64,000 nucleotides of DNA from an uncultured Trueperaceae bacterium (GTDB lineage Bacteria > Deinococcota > Deinococci > Deinococcales > Trueperaceae). How positions within the stretch are numbered: the first letter of the stretch is position 1; each line of letters opens with the position of its first letter. The translations under genes were made by a program, and so were the position numbers. The stretch covers positions 1 to 64,000 of the forward strand of contig CAWCXJ010000012.1 of NCBI GenBank assembly GCA_963799485.1, read 5' to 3'. The notes below the pieces were generated by a model. The model searched no databases. It saw only the letters and a program-made list of their open reading frames with translations, and was not told where the DNA came from. Shown piece after piece: positions 26,300 to 37,449 of the stretch.

Positions 26300-28414
26300 G
26301 TGACTTCAGCCCGTTACGATGCCCACCTCATCTTCGACAACAGCCCGACGCCTGAATGCTACTTCTACAGTTCGGGGTCGTTTACCGCACCGAGTGTGCT
26401 GGAGCTTGTCCGGGGCAAGCTGCCCGTCAGCAAAAATGCGTTCAGTCCCCCCAACGCCTTCGAGCTGTCGTGGCGTTCGGAGCGTGGCGGCGACTGGCAG
26501 GCGGAGGTGAGGCTCGAGCCCCGGCGCGGTCGTGCTGCACTGCAGGGCGATACGCTGTCGCTCTGGTGTTTTACGGCGTCCCCGATGTCTGCTTCACAAT
26601 TGCCCTTGCTGACGCTCGGTTTGCGCGGCGGCAGCAGAACGCAAGCCGTTCGTTTGGGGCACTACTTTCAAGACCTGCCGGGTGGAACGTGGCAACAGGT
26701 TAAAATCCCGCTCACCGCGTTCGGCGGTTCGACCGGAGAGCAAAACCTGCTCGAGCTTGAGCGCCTTACCTTGTCCCAATGCCTCGACGACGCTGAGCCG
26801 CACACCTTGCTGCTCGACGAAATCAGGCTGCTGGACAGTAATCTGACGGGTGAGGTGCGTACGCCCGTAAACCTGGTCGCTACGGGCTACCCGCACCATA
26901 TCGAACTCGAGTGGAACGCTCTGCCAACGCAAAGTACGGCTTACCACCTCGTTCAGCGCGCCTTTGCAGGAGAAGATTTTGCGCCCGTCGGGATTCAGCG
27001 GCCTGAAGTGCAGCGTTTCACCGACTATCTGGGAAAACCGGGCGTCGGCGCACGTTACCGCGTGTGCGCGGTGGGCTACGACTACCACGAAGCGGAACCT
27101 TCAGAAGTCGCCGAAGCCGAGACGCGCCCCTTTTCCGACGATGAACTGCTCGACATGGTGCAAGCCGCCTCAACCCGTCCCTACAGTGAGCGGGCGCACC
27201 CGGAGGCGGGGTTGGCGCTCGAGTGCCTTCCCGGGGACGACAACCTCGTCGCGCTGGGGGCGTCGGGTTTCGGCGTCATGGCGCTCATCGTAGCGGCGGA
27301 ACGCGGGTTTTTAACGCGGGCGGCGGTGCGGCAACAACTGCTCAAGGCTGTGCGTTTTCTCGCCGCAGCCGACCGCTTTCACGGGGTCTGGCCGCACTTT
27401 TTAGACGGCAGAACGGGCAAGACGATTCCGCTTTTTGGACGTTATGACAACGGTGGCGATCTGGTCGAAACCGCCTTTATGATTCAGGGGCTCCTCAGCG
27501 CGCGGCAGTACTTTACCGAAAACCACCCCGACGAGCAGGAGATTTACACGACTATTACCCGGCTCTGGGAGGAGGTCGAGTGGGACTGGTATCGCCGCAC
27601 CCCGGACGGTGAAGTTCTCTACTGGCACTGGTCGCCGGATTACGAATGGAAAATCGGGCACCCGCTGACGGGCTGGAACGAGGCGCTGATCGTTTACGTG
27701 CTGGCGATGGCTTCGCCGACGCACCCCGCGCCTGCTTCCCTATACGAAACGGGTTGGGCTTCGCAAGCGGCGTGGGCTCAGGAGTACCGGCAAAATTGGG
27801 GCAAAACGGCGGCGGGGTCGTTTTACGGCAACGGCGAAAATTATGAAGGACTCTTTTTGCCCGTCGGCGTCGGCAGCGGCGGCCCACTCTTTTTTACGCA
27901 TTATCCGTTTCTCGGGTTTGATCCTAGGGGGGCCAGGGACCGTTTTACGGCGCGGTTCGACACCGACTACTTCGGCAACAACCGTACTCTGTCCCTTATT
28001 AACCACCACTACTGTGCGCGCAATCCGGGAGGCTACGAGGGTTACAGCGACGCGTGTTGGGGCCTCAGCGCCAGCGACGACCACACCGGCTACTCGGCGC
28101 ACGACCCGACACCCGCCCGCGACAACGGCACCCTTACCCCGACAGCGGCCCTGAGCGCGTTTCCCTACACCCCGGACGAATCGCTGGCGGCGCTCAAACA
28201 TTTTTATCTGGAACGGGGCGCGCAGCTCTGGGACGTTTACGGGTTTAGAGACGCTTTCAACGATACCGAGGCGTACGTGTCCACGATCAGCATGGGGCTA
28301 AATCAGGCCCCCACTGCGGTGATGATCGAAAACCACCGGAGCAGTCTACTCTGGCGGCTCTTTATGGCCAATCCGGAAGTCAACGGGGTCGTAAAAAACG
28401 TCTTTTCGCACTGA
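26300..28414 (+). CDS. Cytoplasmic GH144 family beta-1,2-glucanase-like protein with N-terminal CBM-like and FN3-like domains
   Basis: GASGFGVMA, ADRFHGVWPHF, DNGGDLVETAF, LYWHWSP, GWNEALIVY, GGPLFFTHY, DNGTLTPTAALS; no signal peptide. Confidence 0.8.
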   Translation: MTSARYDAHLIFDNSPTPECYFYSSGSFTAPSVLELVRGKLPVSKNAFSPPNAFELSWRSERGGDWQAEVRLEPRRGRAALQGDTLSLWCFTASPMSASQLPLLTLGLRGGSRTQAVRLGHYFQDLPGGTWQQVKIPLTAFGGSTGEQNLLELERLTLSQCLDDAEPHTLLLDEIRLLDSNLTGEVRTPVNLVATGYPHHIELEWNALPTQSTAYHLVQRAFAGEDFAPVGIQRPEVQRFTDYLGKPGVGARYRVCAVGYDYHEAEPSEVAEAETRPFSDDELLDMVQAASTRPYSERAHPEAGLALECLPGDDNLVALGASGFGVMALIVAAERGFLTRAAVRQQLLKAVRFLAAADRFHGVWPHFLDGRTGKTIPLFGRYDNGGDLVETAFMIQGLLSARQYFTENHPDEQEIYTTITRLWEEVEWDWYRRTPDGEVLYWHWSPDYEWKIGHPLTGWNEALIVYVLAMASPTHPAPASLYETGWASQAAWAQEYRQNWGKTAAGSFYGNGENYEGLFLPVGVGSGGPLFFTHYPFLGFDPRGARDRFTARFDTDYFGNNRTLSLINHHYCARNPGGYEGYSDACWGLSASDDHTGYSAHDPTPARDNGTLTPTAALSAFPYTPDESLAALKHFYLERGAQLWDVYGFRDAFNDTEAYVSTISMGLNQAPTAVMIENHRSSLLWRLFMANPEVNGVVKNVFSH

Positions 28415-28446
28415 TACTTTTCATACTGACATTTAAGGAGCAAGCC

Positions 28447-28704
28447 GTGAAGCGCCCGAACATTCTTTTTATCCTGACCGACGATCACGCGGCGCACGCC
28501 ATGAGCTGTTACGGGGCCGCATCAACGAGACGCCGAACCTAGACCGTATCGCTGGGGGCGGGTGAGGTTCGAGAACTGTTTTTGTGCCAATTCGTGTGCC
28601 CCGAGCCGCGCGTCGATCCTGACAGGGACGTACAACCACATCAACGGGGTGATCACCTTGGATACGCCTTTGGATGGTCGCCAGGTCACCTTTCCCAAAC
28701 TGCT
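28447..28704 (+). pseudogene. Sulfatase N-terminal fragment
   Basis: [32 protein letters not shown] (CxPxR) across frameshifts; cut by IS3 sequence. Confidence 0.8.
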
Positions 28705-29296
28705 ATCAACCTTTCTGAAAATGCCCAGCCGATGACTTTGTGACTGAAAAGGTCGAGCGTCACGGCGAGGTAAAGCCAGCCCTCAGCTGTCGAGATATAG
28801 GTGATGTCGCTTGCCCAAACGCTGTTAGCAGAGGAAACATCGAAGCTCTGCCGGGCAAGGTTCTCCGCTTTAGGACGCTGGTGTTTAGAAGTTGTCGTGC
28901 TCTTGAACTTCCGTTTCGTTTTGCCTCTAATGCCCGCTGAACGCATCAGACGGACAACACGCTTACGTCCTACTTTATGCCCAGCAGCTTTGAGGTCTTT
29001 ATGGATGCGCGGCGAGCCATAAGTAGAGCAATTGCCACGGCGAAACTTTACGATCCTCTCGGTCAGAACTTCGTCGTCTCGCGCTCGCTGGCTTTTTCCT
29101 CGCCTTAGCCATGTAAAAGCTGCTGACCGATACCGCCAGTACCGGTGCCATCAGACTTACCGCCCAGCGAGTACGGTGTCCTTTGATAAAGGTGTAATTC
29201 ACTTGGACTGCCTAGCTGGGTGAAGGCCAAGAGCCTTTGAGCTTTGCTCTACCTGTAAGAACCCGACCGCCTTTTTAGAATGTCACGCTCCTCCAA
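28705..29296 (-). pseudogene. IS3-family remnant
   Basis: WASDITYI..EGWLYLAVTLDLFS, YGSPRI, and OrfA end EERDILK. Confidence 0.8.
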
Positions 29297-29375
29297 GTCG
29301 GCTTCGCCGAGTGCGCGGAGGCACTCCCTGTCACGAGTGACGAGTGCTGCGCAGCAACGGTCGCCGAACGGCCCT

Positions 29376-29477
29376 AGCTTTGAACGTGGGCTTGACGTTT
29401 TACGTTCTGCTATCCTCGCCAGCAGTGCCCCCGCAAAAATCAACCCAGACCTCTGCCTTGAACTTTTGTCCCCGTAG
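29376..29477 (+). pseudogene. Second IS4-like transposase 3' end
   Basis: SFERGLDVLRSAIL..CLELLSP*, ending AACTTTTGTCCCCGTAG as at 18674-18690. Confidence 0.7.
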
Positions 29478-29538
29478 CAAGTTTCAAACATGGTTTGTTG
29501 GGTTTTTACAAGACTTGTTATGAGATTCTACTTAAAGC

Positions 29539-31569
29539 TCAAAACGTCGCCTCATCCTCATAGCAGTAGGCCCAATCTTCTCCCTTTTCCCTCGAGCGAA
29601 TAATCGGATGACCTGTCTCATGAAAGTGTGCGGTGGCGTGCTTGTTCTTTGAATCGTTGCAGCAGCCGACCTTGCCGCAACTCATGCACACGCGCAGATG
29701 CACCCAGCTGTCCCCGAGTTTCATACACTCTTCGCACCCGGCTGTGAGCGGTGAGACGGTGTGCGTCTGTGCGGTGTGGCTGCACGCGGGGCTCGCCTGC
29801 TGCTCAGGCGTGAGGGAAACCGGTGGGAGCACGGACGTGTCGTGAAGCTCGGCGTAGCGCTGCGCGTCGTCGGGCTCTATGCCTGCGTTTTCCAGCACGT
29901 GTGTGACGAGCCGCTCGGTTACCGCGTACTCTTCGGAGATAACCGTGTTTGCCCCGGCTTGTTTGAGCGCCTTTGCCTGCGTGTAGCTGCGCGTCGAAGC
30001 CAGTAGGTAGATATCCGGCGACAGCCCGTGCACGACGCTGACGACCCGCGAGGTCATGTCGGGGCTGTCGTCGGCGACCACGAGCGACCGGGCGCGGAGC
30101 AGCCCGACAGCGTTTAAGACCGAGCTTTTGGCGTAATCGCCGCGCACCACATTGCGTCCCTCATTTTCAGCTTCGGTCGCTCCGGTCGGGCTCAGCGTTA
30201 CGATGATATAGGGGACTTGGGTCTCTTCGAGCGCCCGTACCAGCCGCCGCGCCCGGTCGCCGTAACCCGCGACAATTACATGGTTTTGTAACCCGGCGAA
30301 GCTCGAGGTATCGGGCGTTTCTTCAGCCAGAGGCGTTTGCGGCGTCGGCAAGCGCGTTTTGACCCTGCGTCCGATACGTGCTAAAAACGGCGTCGCGCCC
30401 ATCAGCAACACGGTCGTGGCGATAAACGTCTGTGCGCCCGCATCGCCGAGTCCGGCAGGGGAGAGGCCGACCTCGCGCCCGGCGCGCTCCAAGACAAACG
30501 AAAACTCTCCGACTTGCGCCAGCAAAAACCCGGCGGGGAGCGCCACGTTGAGCGGATACCCGAGCAGCCGCGCCGCCCCCGTCGTGACAAGTGTTTTAAG
30601 TGCCAGCACACCTAGAATAGCTGCCAGTACCAGCGGTAGATTCATCACCACAAAACCGAGGTCTAACAAAAGTCCGACCGAGATAAAAAACGCGGCACTG
30701 AAGATAATCTGGAGCGGCAAGATTTCGCCTAACGCCTGCTGTCCGAAGCGGCTCTCGCTGACCAACAATCCTGCCAAAAACGCGCCGAGCGACAAGCTGA
30801 CGCCCGCCAAGCTCGTGACATACGCCGTTCCGAGACAAATCGCGACGACCGTCAGCAAGAAGATTTCCGGTGAACAGGTACGGGCGACGGCTTCCAAAAC
30901 ATGTGGCATAACCCGCGTGGCAAGCGTCAGCACGAGGACGATAAGCACGCCCGCCTTGAGAAGCGCCCAACCGAGCCCCAGCACCGAGCCGCCACCCTCA
31001 CCGAGCATCGGGATAAGGAGCACCATCACGATGACCGCCAGGTCTTGAAAGATAAGGACGCCCAGCGAGACGTTGCCGATAGGTGAGTTTGTGCCGCCTG
31101 CGCCTTCAAAGAGCTTGAGTACAATCGCGGTGCTCGACAAGGCGACCAGACACCCGGTAAATACGCCCACACGCCAGTCCACGCCGAACAAGAGCAAAAT
31201 GCCGGTAACAAGCGCAACGGTGACGCCGACCTGAAGCCCACCGCCGACAAGAATTAAACGGCGAATCCGGGCAAGTTGTGCTAGGGAAAACTCGATGCCG
31301 ATGGTGAAGAGCAAAAAAATCACGCCGAGTTCAGCCGCGGCGTCGATCAACTCGGCGTCGTCGACAAGCCCGAGGGCGTTCGGGCCGATGATGACGCCGG
31401 CAACCAAAAACCCGATAATCGGGACGAGTCCGAGCCGAAAGCACACGTAGGCGATAAGCGCGCTGACGACCAGTAAAACTGTAACTTCGCTGAAAAAGGC
31501 CGGGGTTTCGCCTGCCGCGAAGGCGACACTCAAAAAGGGCGCGAGCAGCAGGGGCAAAAAACGCGTCAT
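29539..31569 (-). CDS. CPA2/Kef-type cation:proton antiporter with TrkA-N domain and C-terminal UBP-type zinc finger
   Basis: AELGVIFLLFTIGIEFS, LSSTAIV, QDLAV, LAQVGEFSFV, HVIVAGYG; tail CEEC..WVHLRVCMSCGKVGCC..HATAHF..GHP. Confidence 0.9.
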   Translation of the reverse strand: MTRFLPLLLAPFLSVAFAAGETPAFFSEVTVLLVVSALIAYVCFRLGLVPIIGFLVAGVIIGPNALGLVDDAELIDAAAELGVIFLLFTIGIEFSLAQLARIRRLILVGGGLQVGVTVALVTGILLLFGVDWRVGVFTGCLVALSSTAIVLKLFEGAGGTNSPIGNVSLGVLIFQDLAVIVMVLLIPMLGEGGGSVLGLGWALLKAGVLIVLVLTLATRVMPHVLEAVARTCSPEIFLLTVVAICLGTAYVTSLAGVSLSLGAFLAGLLVSESRFGQQALGEILPLQIIFSAAFFISVGLLLDLGFVVMNLPLVLAAILGVLALKTLVTTGAARLLGYPLNVALPAGFLLAQVGEFSFVLERAGREVGLSPAGLGDAGAQTFIATTVLLMGATPFLARIGRRVKTRLPTPQTPLAEETPDTSSFAGLQNHVIVAGYGDRARRLVRALEETQVPYIIVTLSPTGATEAENEGRNVVRGDYAKSSVLNAVGLLRARSLVVADDSPDMTSRVVSVVHGLSPDIYLLASTRSYTQAKALKQAGANTVISEEYAVTERLVTHVLENAGIEPDDAQRYAELHDTSVLPPVSLTPEQQASPACSHTAQTHTVSPLTAGCEECMKLGDSWVHLRVCMSCGKVGCCNDSKNKHATAHFHETGHPIIRSREKGEDWAYCYEDEATF

Positions 31570-32019
31570 GGGGTGAGGATACCGCGTTACAGCCGGAGAC
31601 GAATACGTGCTGCTTGCACGCACCGGCTTTCACCTAAGGCGGTTTGTAACGTTCCGTGCCCGGCTGCTCGAGCTACCTACACCGACCTTCGTCCCGGCCC
31701 CTGTTGCGGCAGCTAAGCAGCTCGAGGCACTATCCGGTGCTCCTCCCGGCTCCCAACCGTAAGGCCATCTCGGCAAATACTTACGGTGCGCTGTTTTTAA
31801 CGCTGGCACCTGGCTACAGCTGGGAGTTTCAGGGTGTTTCCGGTAGTACGTTCCGTGATAGCGGACAGGCGACGTGCCACTAAGCTGAGGTTCAAAAAGC
31901 AGGAGTTCAAAATTAATAAAAGAACAGGACGAGAACTGGACTCGAGGCGTCGGGAAAATATAAAACCGGCTTGTTGCTATACTGGCAGCGTTAGTAAAGG
32001 CGTTTTGAAAGGATAAAAA

Positions 32020-32628
32020 ATGACAAACACTTTAACGCGTCCCCTTATCGATACTCTTGTTCCGCTACGCTCCGCCGCTTTACGCGTACCGCTGCAAATC
32101 GCGCTCGGTGTGGTAATCATGGCGCTTTTAAGCCAGCTCGAGCTGAACATCGGCCCGGTACCCATAACCGGTCAAACGCTCGGCGTGCTGCTGCTCGGCG
32201 CGGCTTACGGCGGCAGTCTGGGCGGCCTGACGCTTTTGGCGTACCTGCTCGTGGGCGGTTTCGGGCTCAGCGTTTTTTCGGGCGGCGGCGCAGGTTGGGG
32301 ACACTTTAGCGGGACGACCGCCGGGTATCTGGTCAGCTTTCCGTTTGTCGCGGCGTTTGTCGGTTATTTGTCGCAGCGGGGCCTGACCCGCACGTTTTCC
32401 GGGGCGGCGCTGGTGATGCTTTTGGGTAACGTGCTTGTCTACCTACCGGGTTTGGCGTGGCTGGCGACTTTTGCAAGTCAGTACGCGCCTGCAGGTGTGT
32501 CGCCCTGGTCATGGGCGCTCAGTGTAGGACTGGTTCCGTTTATCGCAGGTGACGTTATCAAACTGCTCATCGCGGCTGCCCTGTTGCCGCTGGCATGGCG
32601 GCTACTGGGGCGAAGTCCACACGTGTAA
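32020..32628 (+). CDS. bioY: Biotin transporter BioY
   Basis: PVPITGQTLGV, FSGGGAG, TAGYLVSF, PFIAGDVIK. Confidence 0.9.
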   Translation: MTNTLTRPLIDTLVPLRSAALRVPLQIALGVVIMALLSQLELNIGPVPITGQTLGVLLLGAAYGGSLGGLTLLAYLLVGGFGLSVFSGGGAGWGHFSGTTAGYLVSFPFVAAFVGYLSQRGLTRTFSGAALVMLLGNVLVYLPGLAWLATFASQYAPAGVSPWSWALSVGLVPFIAGDVIKLLIAAALLPLAWRLLGRSPHV

Positions 32629-32642
32629 AGCCGTCTGCCGTA

Positions 32643-32676
32643 AAAAGCGCTGCACCCAATTGGGTGCAGCGCTTTT
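32643..32676. terminator. Bidirectional terminator between convergent genes
   Basis: Perfect palindrome AAAAGCGCTGCACCCAATTGGGTGCAGCGCTTTT. Confidence 0.85.
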
Positions 32677-32698
32677 CGTTTAGGCTAGCCTTTTGCGT

Positions 32699-33325
32699 CT
32701 ATTCGCCTGCAATCGTGCGGAGGGTCTCGAGGTTTACGAGCGCGATTTTACCGTAACCGGCGTGAATGGCCCCTTGTCTCGAGAGTTCACCGACAACTTT
32801 GGTCACCGTTTCGCGTACCGAACCGACTGCTGCCGCCAGGTCGTCATGGGTGATATGTACAATCGCCTCACCGTTCGCGCCTGTGGTCGCTAGCGCGCTG
32901 TCTTGCAGGTCTAAAAGCTCCGCCGCGATACGCGCTTTGAGGCGTTTGCCCGAAAGCCGGTAGAGCGCCCGGTAAAGCCGCTCCATCGCCTCGACCAAGT
33001 GCGTCGTCAAGGTGAGGTTTTCCTGCGGCCCGAGGGTTGCCGGGCTCATGACCTCGATGCTGCTGGAGGTTACAGCTTCGGCAAAGTAGCGGCGCTGCAG
33101 ACCGACGAGCGCCTCCTCGCCGAAGTAACCGCCCGGTTTGACGTAACGCAGCGTCAGGCCGTTGCCCTCGTCGTCTACGGTGTGAATACGAACCAGACCT
33201 TCTTGGACGCGGTAGAGGTTGTCCGGATCGCCCGGAAACAACGTGACCTCGCCCGCTTCGACACTTAACAGGTCGATATAGCCACCTTCGGGGATGAGCT
33301 GAGAGGGGTGTGATGTGCGGCTCAT
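32699..33325 (-). CDS. ddrI: Crp/Fnr family regulator, DdrI/LdrP type
   Basis: LYRVQEGLVRIHTVDDEGNGLTLRYVKPG..FGEEAL, THDDLAAAVGSVRETVTKV; start after the AGGAGG SD. Confidence 0.8.
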   Translation of the reverse strand: MSRTSHPSQLIPEGGYIDLLSVEAGEVTLFPGDPDNLYRVQEGLVRIHTVDDEGNGLTLRYVKPGGYFGEEALVGLQRRYFAEAVTSSSIEVMSPATLGPQENLTLTTHLVEAMERLYRALYRLSGKRLKARIAAELLDLQDSALATTGANGEAIVHITHDDLAAAVGSVRETVTKVVGELSRQGAIHAGYGKIALVNLETLRTIAGE

Positions 33326-33693
33326 AAGGCGCCCTCCTTTCGGTCTGGGTAGCTTAGAGAAAACCGCTTTGACATATCTATAAAAGTATACGTGCGCCGT
33401 CCGGGACGAATAAACGCCCACGTTACGAAAAGTTTCGGGTCTGCTAGTACCGAGACAAAGAAATAAGGGCGGCTGGACCCAACCCCTTTCGGTTCGCGGG
33501 ATAGAGGCGCACACAACTCGGCGGCTGAGTGGTTTGGGCAGGCGGTAAGTTTGGCGCTGTGCTGAGCCGGTAAAGCTTGGCAGACAATAGTAGCGTGCAA
33601 CCGTAACGCTTCGCAGTGTCGAATACCCGACTACTCTCTTGATCCACCTTCCTGTCTCACTTCTCTTATCAAGGCTCAGCACTTCGACAAGCG

Positions 33694-34779
<1,086 letters not shown>

Positions 34780-34970
34780 GAAACTCCCTTAAACCTTTTG
34801 AGTCGTGGTTTTTACGGTTCAATACGCCGCAATTACGGCGTTCCAAACGTGGAGTATACCAAGCTTTCGTAAAGCCCCCGGTTTTTGCGGGTTCAGCCTT
34901 TACAGTTTCCAGTCGGAGGTGTAGCTGCGGGACGTAACCCTGAGCTAGCGCCCCGTGATACCCTGAATTT

Positions 34971-36011
34971 ATGACACCTGGTAAGGCGAGCGGAACGGTA
35001 AACATCGGACTTTTGGGGGCCGGAACGGTCGGAGCCGGGTTTTGCGACCTCTTTGAAGGCGCAGGTTTAGACGCCGTCATCAGCAAGGTGCTGGTGCGCG
35101 ACCCAGGGAAGACGCGCCCCGCCTGCGTCCCGCAAACGGCCTTAACCACCGACGCTAACGAAGTTTTGGAAAACGATATCGTCGTCGAACTCTTGGGCGG
35201 CACCGACTATGCGGGCGACCTGATGTTGCAGGCTTTAGCAGCGGGTAAAAGGGTCGTGACGGCAAACAAGGCGGTACTTGCGGAGCGGTGGGACGAGTTC
35301 AAACCGTTTATTCAGGTGGGTAAGCTCTACTTCGAGGCGGCGGTGATGGCCGGAACGCCCGCCGTCGAACCGCTTGCGGGCGTGCTGCGCGGCTCGAGGC
35401 CCCTAGAACTCCACGCGATTCTAAACGGTACCTGCAACTATATTCTGGGAGAACTCGAGGGCGGTTCGGACTTTGAAGAGGCGCTTAAAGAAGCACAAAG
35501 TTTGGGCTACGCCGAAGCCGACCCGAGCACCGACGTAGACGGTTTCGACGCGGCGCATAAACTCACGATTCTGGGCCGTCTGGCGTTCGACCCCGACTTT
35601 TCGTGGGAGGGCGTCCGGGCGCACACGCACGGCATCCGGCACCTCACCCCGGCGATTGTCAAAGAGGCGATGGAGGATGGCGGGCGGCTCCGCTCGGTCG
35701 GCAGCATCTATCCTGAAAACGGTTCTTGGCGCGGTACGGTGCGCCCGGTCTACCTGCCACCCGAACACCCGCTCTCCGGTTCGGCGAGTAACCGCAACGG
35801 ACTTTTGTTTAAGGGCGACGCGGTAGGCGAAGTGCTGATTACCGGTGCGGGCGCGGGCGCGGCCCCGACTGCGAGCGCTGTACTCGCCGACCTGATGAGT
35901 GCTCTCTCCGGGCGCGCCGGCCCCGGTCTGCTGGCGAGGGCGGCGGCTGTCCCGCAAGACTACCGCGCCCAACCGCTCGGTGAAGTATTGATGGCCGGTG
36001 GGCAAGTTTAG
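34971..36011 (+). CDS. hom: Homoserine dehydrogenase
   Basis: GAGTVG, VVTANKA, ILNGTCNYIL, GYAEADPSTDVDGFDAAHK. Confidence 0.95.
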   Translation: MTPGKASGTVNIGLLGAGTVGAGFCDLFEGAGLDAVISKVLVRDPGKTRPACVPQTALTTDANEVLENDIVVELLGGTDYAGDLMLQALAAGKRVVTANKAVLAERWDEFKPFIQVGKLYFEAAVMAGTPAVEPLAGVLRGSRPLELHAILNGTCNYILGELEGGSDFEEALKEAQSLGYAEADPSTDVDGFDAAHKLTILGRLAFDPDFSWEGVRAHTHGIRHLTPAIVKEAMEDGGRLRSVGSIYPENGSWRGTVRPVYLPPEHPLSGSASNRNGLLFKGDAVGEVLITGAGAGAAPTASAVLADLMSALSGRAGPGLLARAAAVPQDYRAQPLGEVLMAGGQV

Positions 36012-36065
36012 TGGCGACTGCGTTTTTCCTGCTAAGTATCGCCCCGACAAGGTAGATTGGACAAG

Positions 36066-37379
36066 ATGCATTATTTTAGTACCCGCGACTTCCAAAAACA
36101 CCCTGTTTCGCTTCAAGAAGCCGTGCTGACGGGCCTTGCGCCGGACGGCGGGCTTTATGTCCCCGAGCACATTCCTCGGCTGACAGACGACTGGAAAGCG
36201 GCGAAAAGCCTGTCTGAACTGGCGCAGCACGTTTTGACGCCGTGGCTGGGCGATGAACTGAGCCGGGATAAGTTGGCGGCGATTACCGAGGACGCCTTGG
36301 ACTTCTCTATACCGCTCGTTGGATTGGCTGATGGGCTGGGGGTACTCGAGCTCTTCCACGGCCCTACCTTGTCGTTCAAAGACGTCGGCGCGCGGACGAT
36401 GGCGCGGCTGTTGGACGCGTTTTTAGAGAGCAAAAAGCTCGAGGGTAAGAGTCAGCGCGTTACGATCTTGGTGGCGACTTCCGGCGATACGGGGAGTGCT
36501 GTCGCCGACGGTTTTGCCGGTCAGGACAACTTAGGCGTGGTGCTGCTCTATCCCAAGGGTAAGGTCAGCGAGGTGCAGGAGCGGCAGCTGATTTGTCCGC
36601 GTCCGGGCGTTCGCGCCTACGCCGTCGAAGGGGACTTCGACGCGTGCCAGCGGCTCGTTAAGGCGGCGTTTGTCGACCCGGAACTCCGCGAGCTGGGGTT
36701 GTCGTCGGCAAATTCTATTAATTTAGGGCGACTTTTGCCACAGTCTACTTATTACTTTTGGGCAGCGCTGCAGGCTGCCAGTTCAGGGTTTGAGAACCCT
36801 GTCTTCTGCGTTCCCAGCGGTAATCTGGGCAATCTGACAGCGGGCGTTCTCGCCGGCAAGATGGGTGTAGACACCCCCCGGTTTATCGCCGCACACAACG
36901 CCAACGACTTTTTTCCCGGTTTTTTAGCGTCTCGTTACGACCACGGCGGTTTCCGGGATACCGTTTCTACCCTTTCAAATGCGATGGACGTGGGCGCGCC
37001 GAGCAACTTCGAGCGCCTTTACGCACTTCTGGGTGAAGCGCTGCGGCGCGGTGACCTCTGGAGTACATCGGTTAGCGATGAGGTCACGAAGACGCGGCTT
37101 CAGCACGTTTACGGAGCTTACGGTTACGTCGCTTGCCCGCACACGGCTGTCGGGTTCGAGGCTGCGGCGCGTTACCGTAAAGAGACCGGCGATAACAGAC
37201 CTGTTATCGTCCTGGCAACGGCGCACCCCGCCAAGTTTGAAGGAACCGTTGAAGCTGCGTTGAAGTTTGAACTCCCCAAGGTTCCGGCGTTGGAAAAGCT
37301 CAAAGGCCCACCCACCGACGTACCGACCTTACCGCCGACGTTGGACGCGCTCAAAACCGAACTGCTCGCCTTGGCGTAA
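36066..37379 (+). CDS. thrC: Threonine synthase
   Basis: GLAPDGGLY, ELFHGPTLSFKDVG, ATSGDTG, PSGNLGN, LATAHPAKF. Confidence 0.95.
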   Translation: MHYFSTRDFQKHPVSLQEAVLTGLAPDGGLYVPEHIPRLTDDWKAAKSLSELAQHVLTPWLGDELSRDKLAAITEDALDFSIPLVGLADGLGVLELFHGPTLSFKDVGARTMARLLDAFLESKKLEGKSQRVTILVATSGDTGSAVADGFAGQDNLGVVLLYPKGKVSEVQERQLICPRPGVRAYAVEGDFDACQRLVKAAFVDPELRELGLSSANSINLGRLLPQSTYYFWAALQAASSGFENPVFCVPSGNLGNLTAGVLAGKMGVDTPRFIAAHNANDFFPGFLASRYDHGGFRDTVSTLSNAMDVGAPSNFERLYALLGEALRRGDLWSTSVSDEVTKTRLQHVYGAYGYVACPHTAVGFEAAARYRKETGDNRPVIVLATAHPAKFEGTVEAALKFELPKVPALEKLKGPPTDVPTLPPTLDALKTELLALA

Positions 37380-37449
37380 GGCGCGCTGCAAACTTTAGCA
37401 GCGTAAAGGCCACTAGCGGCGGGGCCCTCGCCGTAAAGGCAGCGTAAAC

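Noticed and set aside
31625..32000. Long kef-bioY intergenic region as riboswitch, ncRNA or second att site
   Set aside because: No tRNA-Phe match and no recognisable riboswitch consensus; an Rfam scan would be needed.
33326..33682. N-terminal extension of the Crp regulator in the ORF track
   Set aside because: The SD and the family N-terminus point to ATG 33325; the upstream sequence looks like promoter or UTR.
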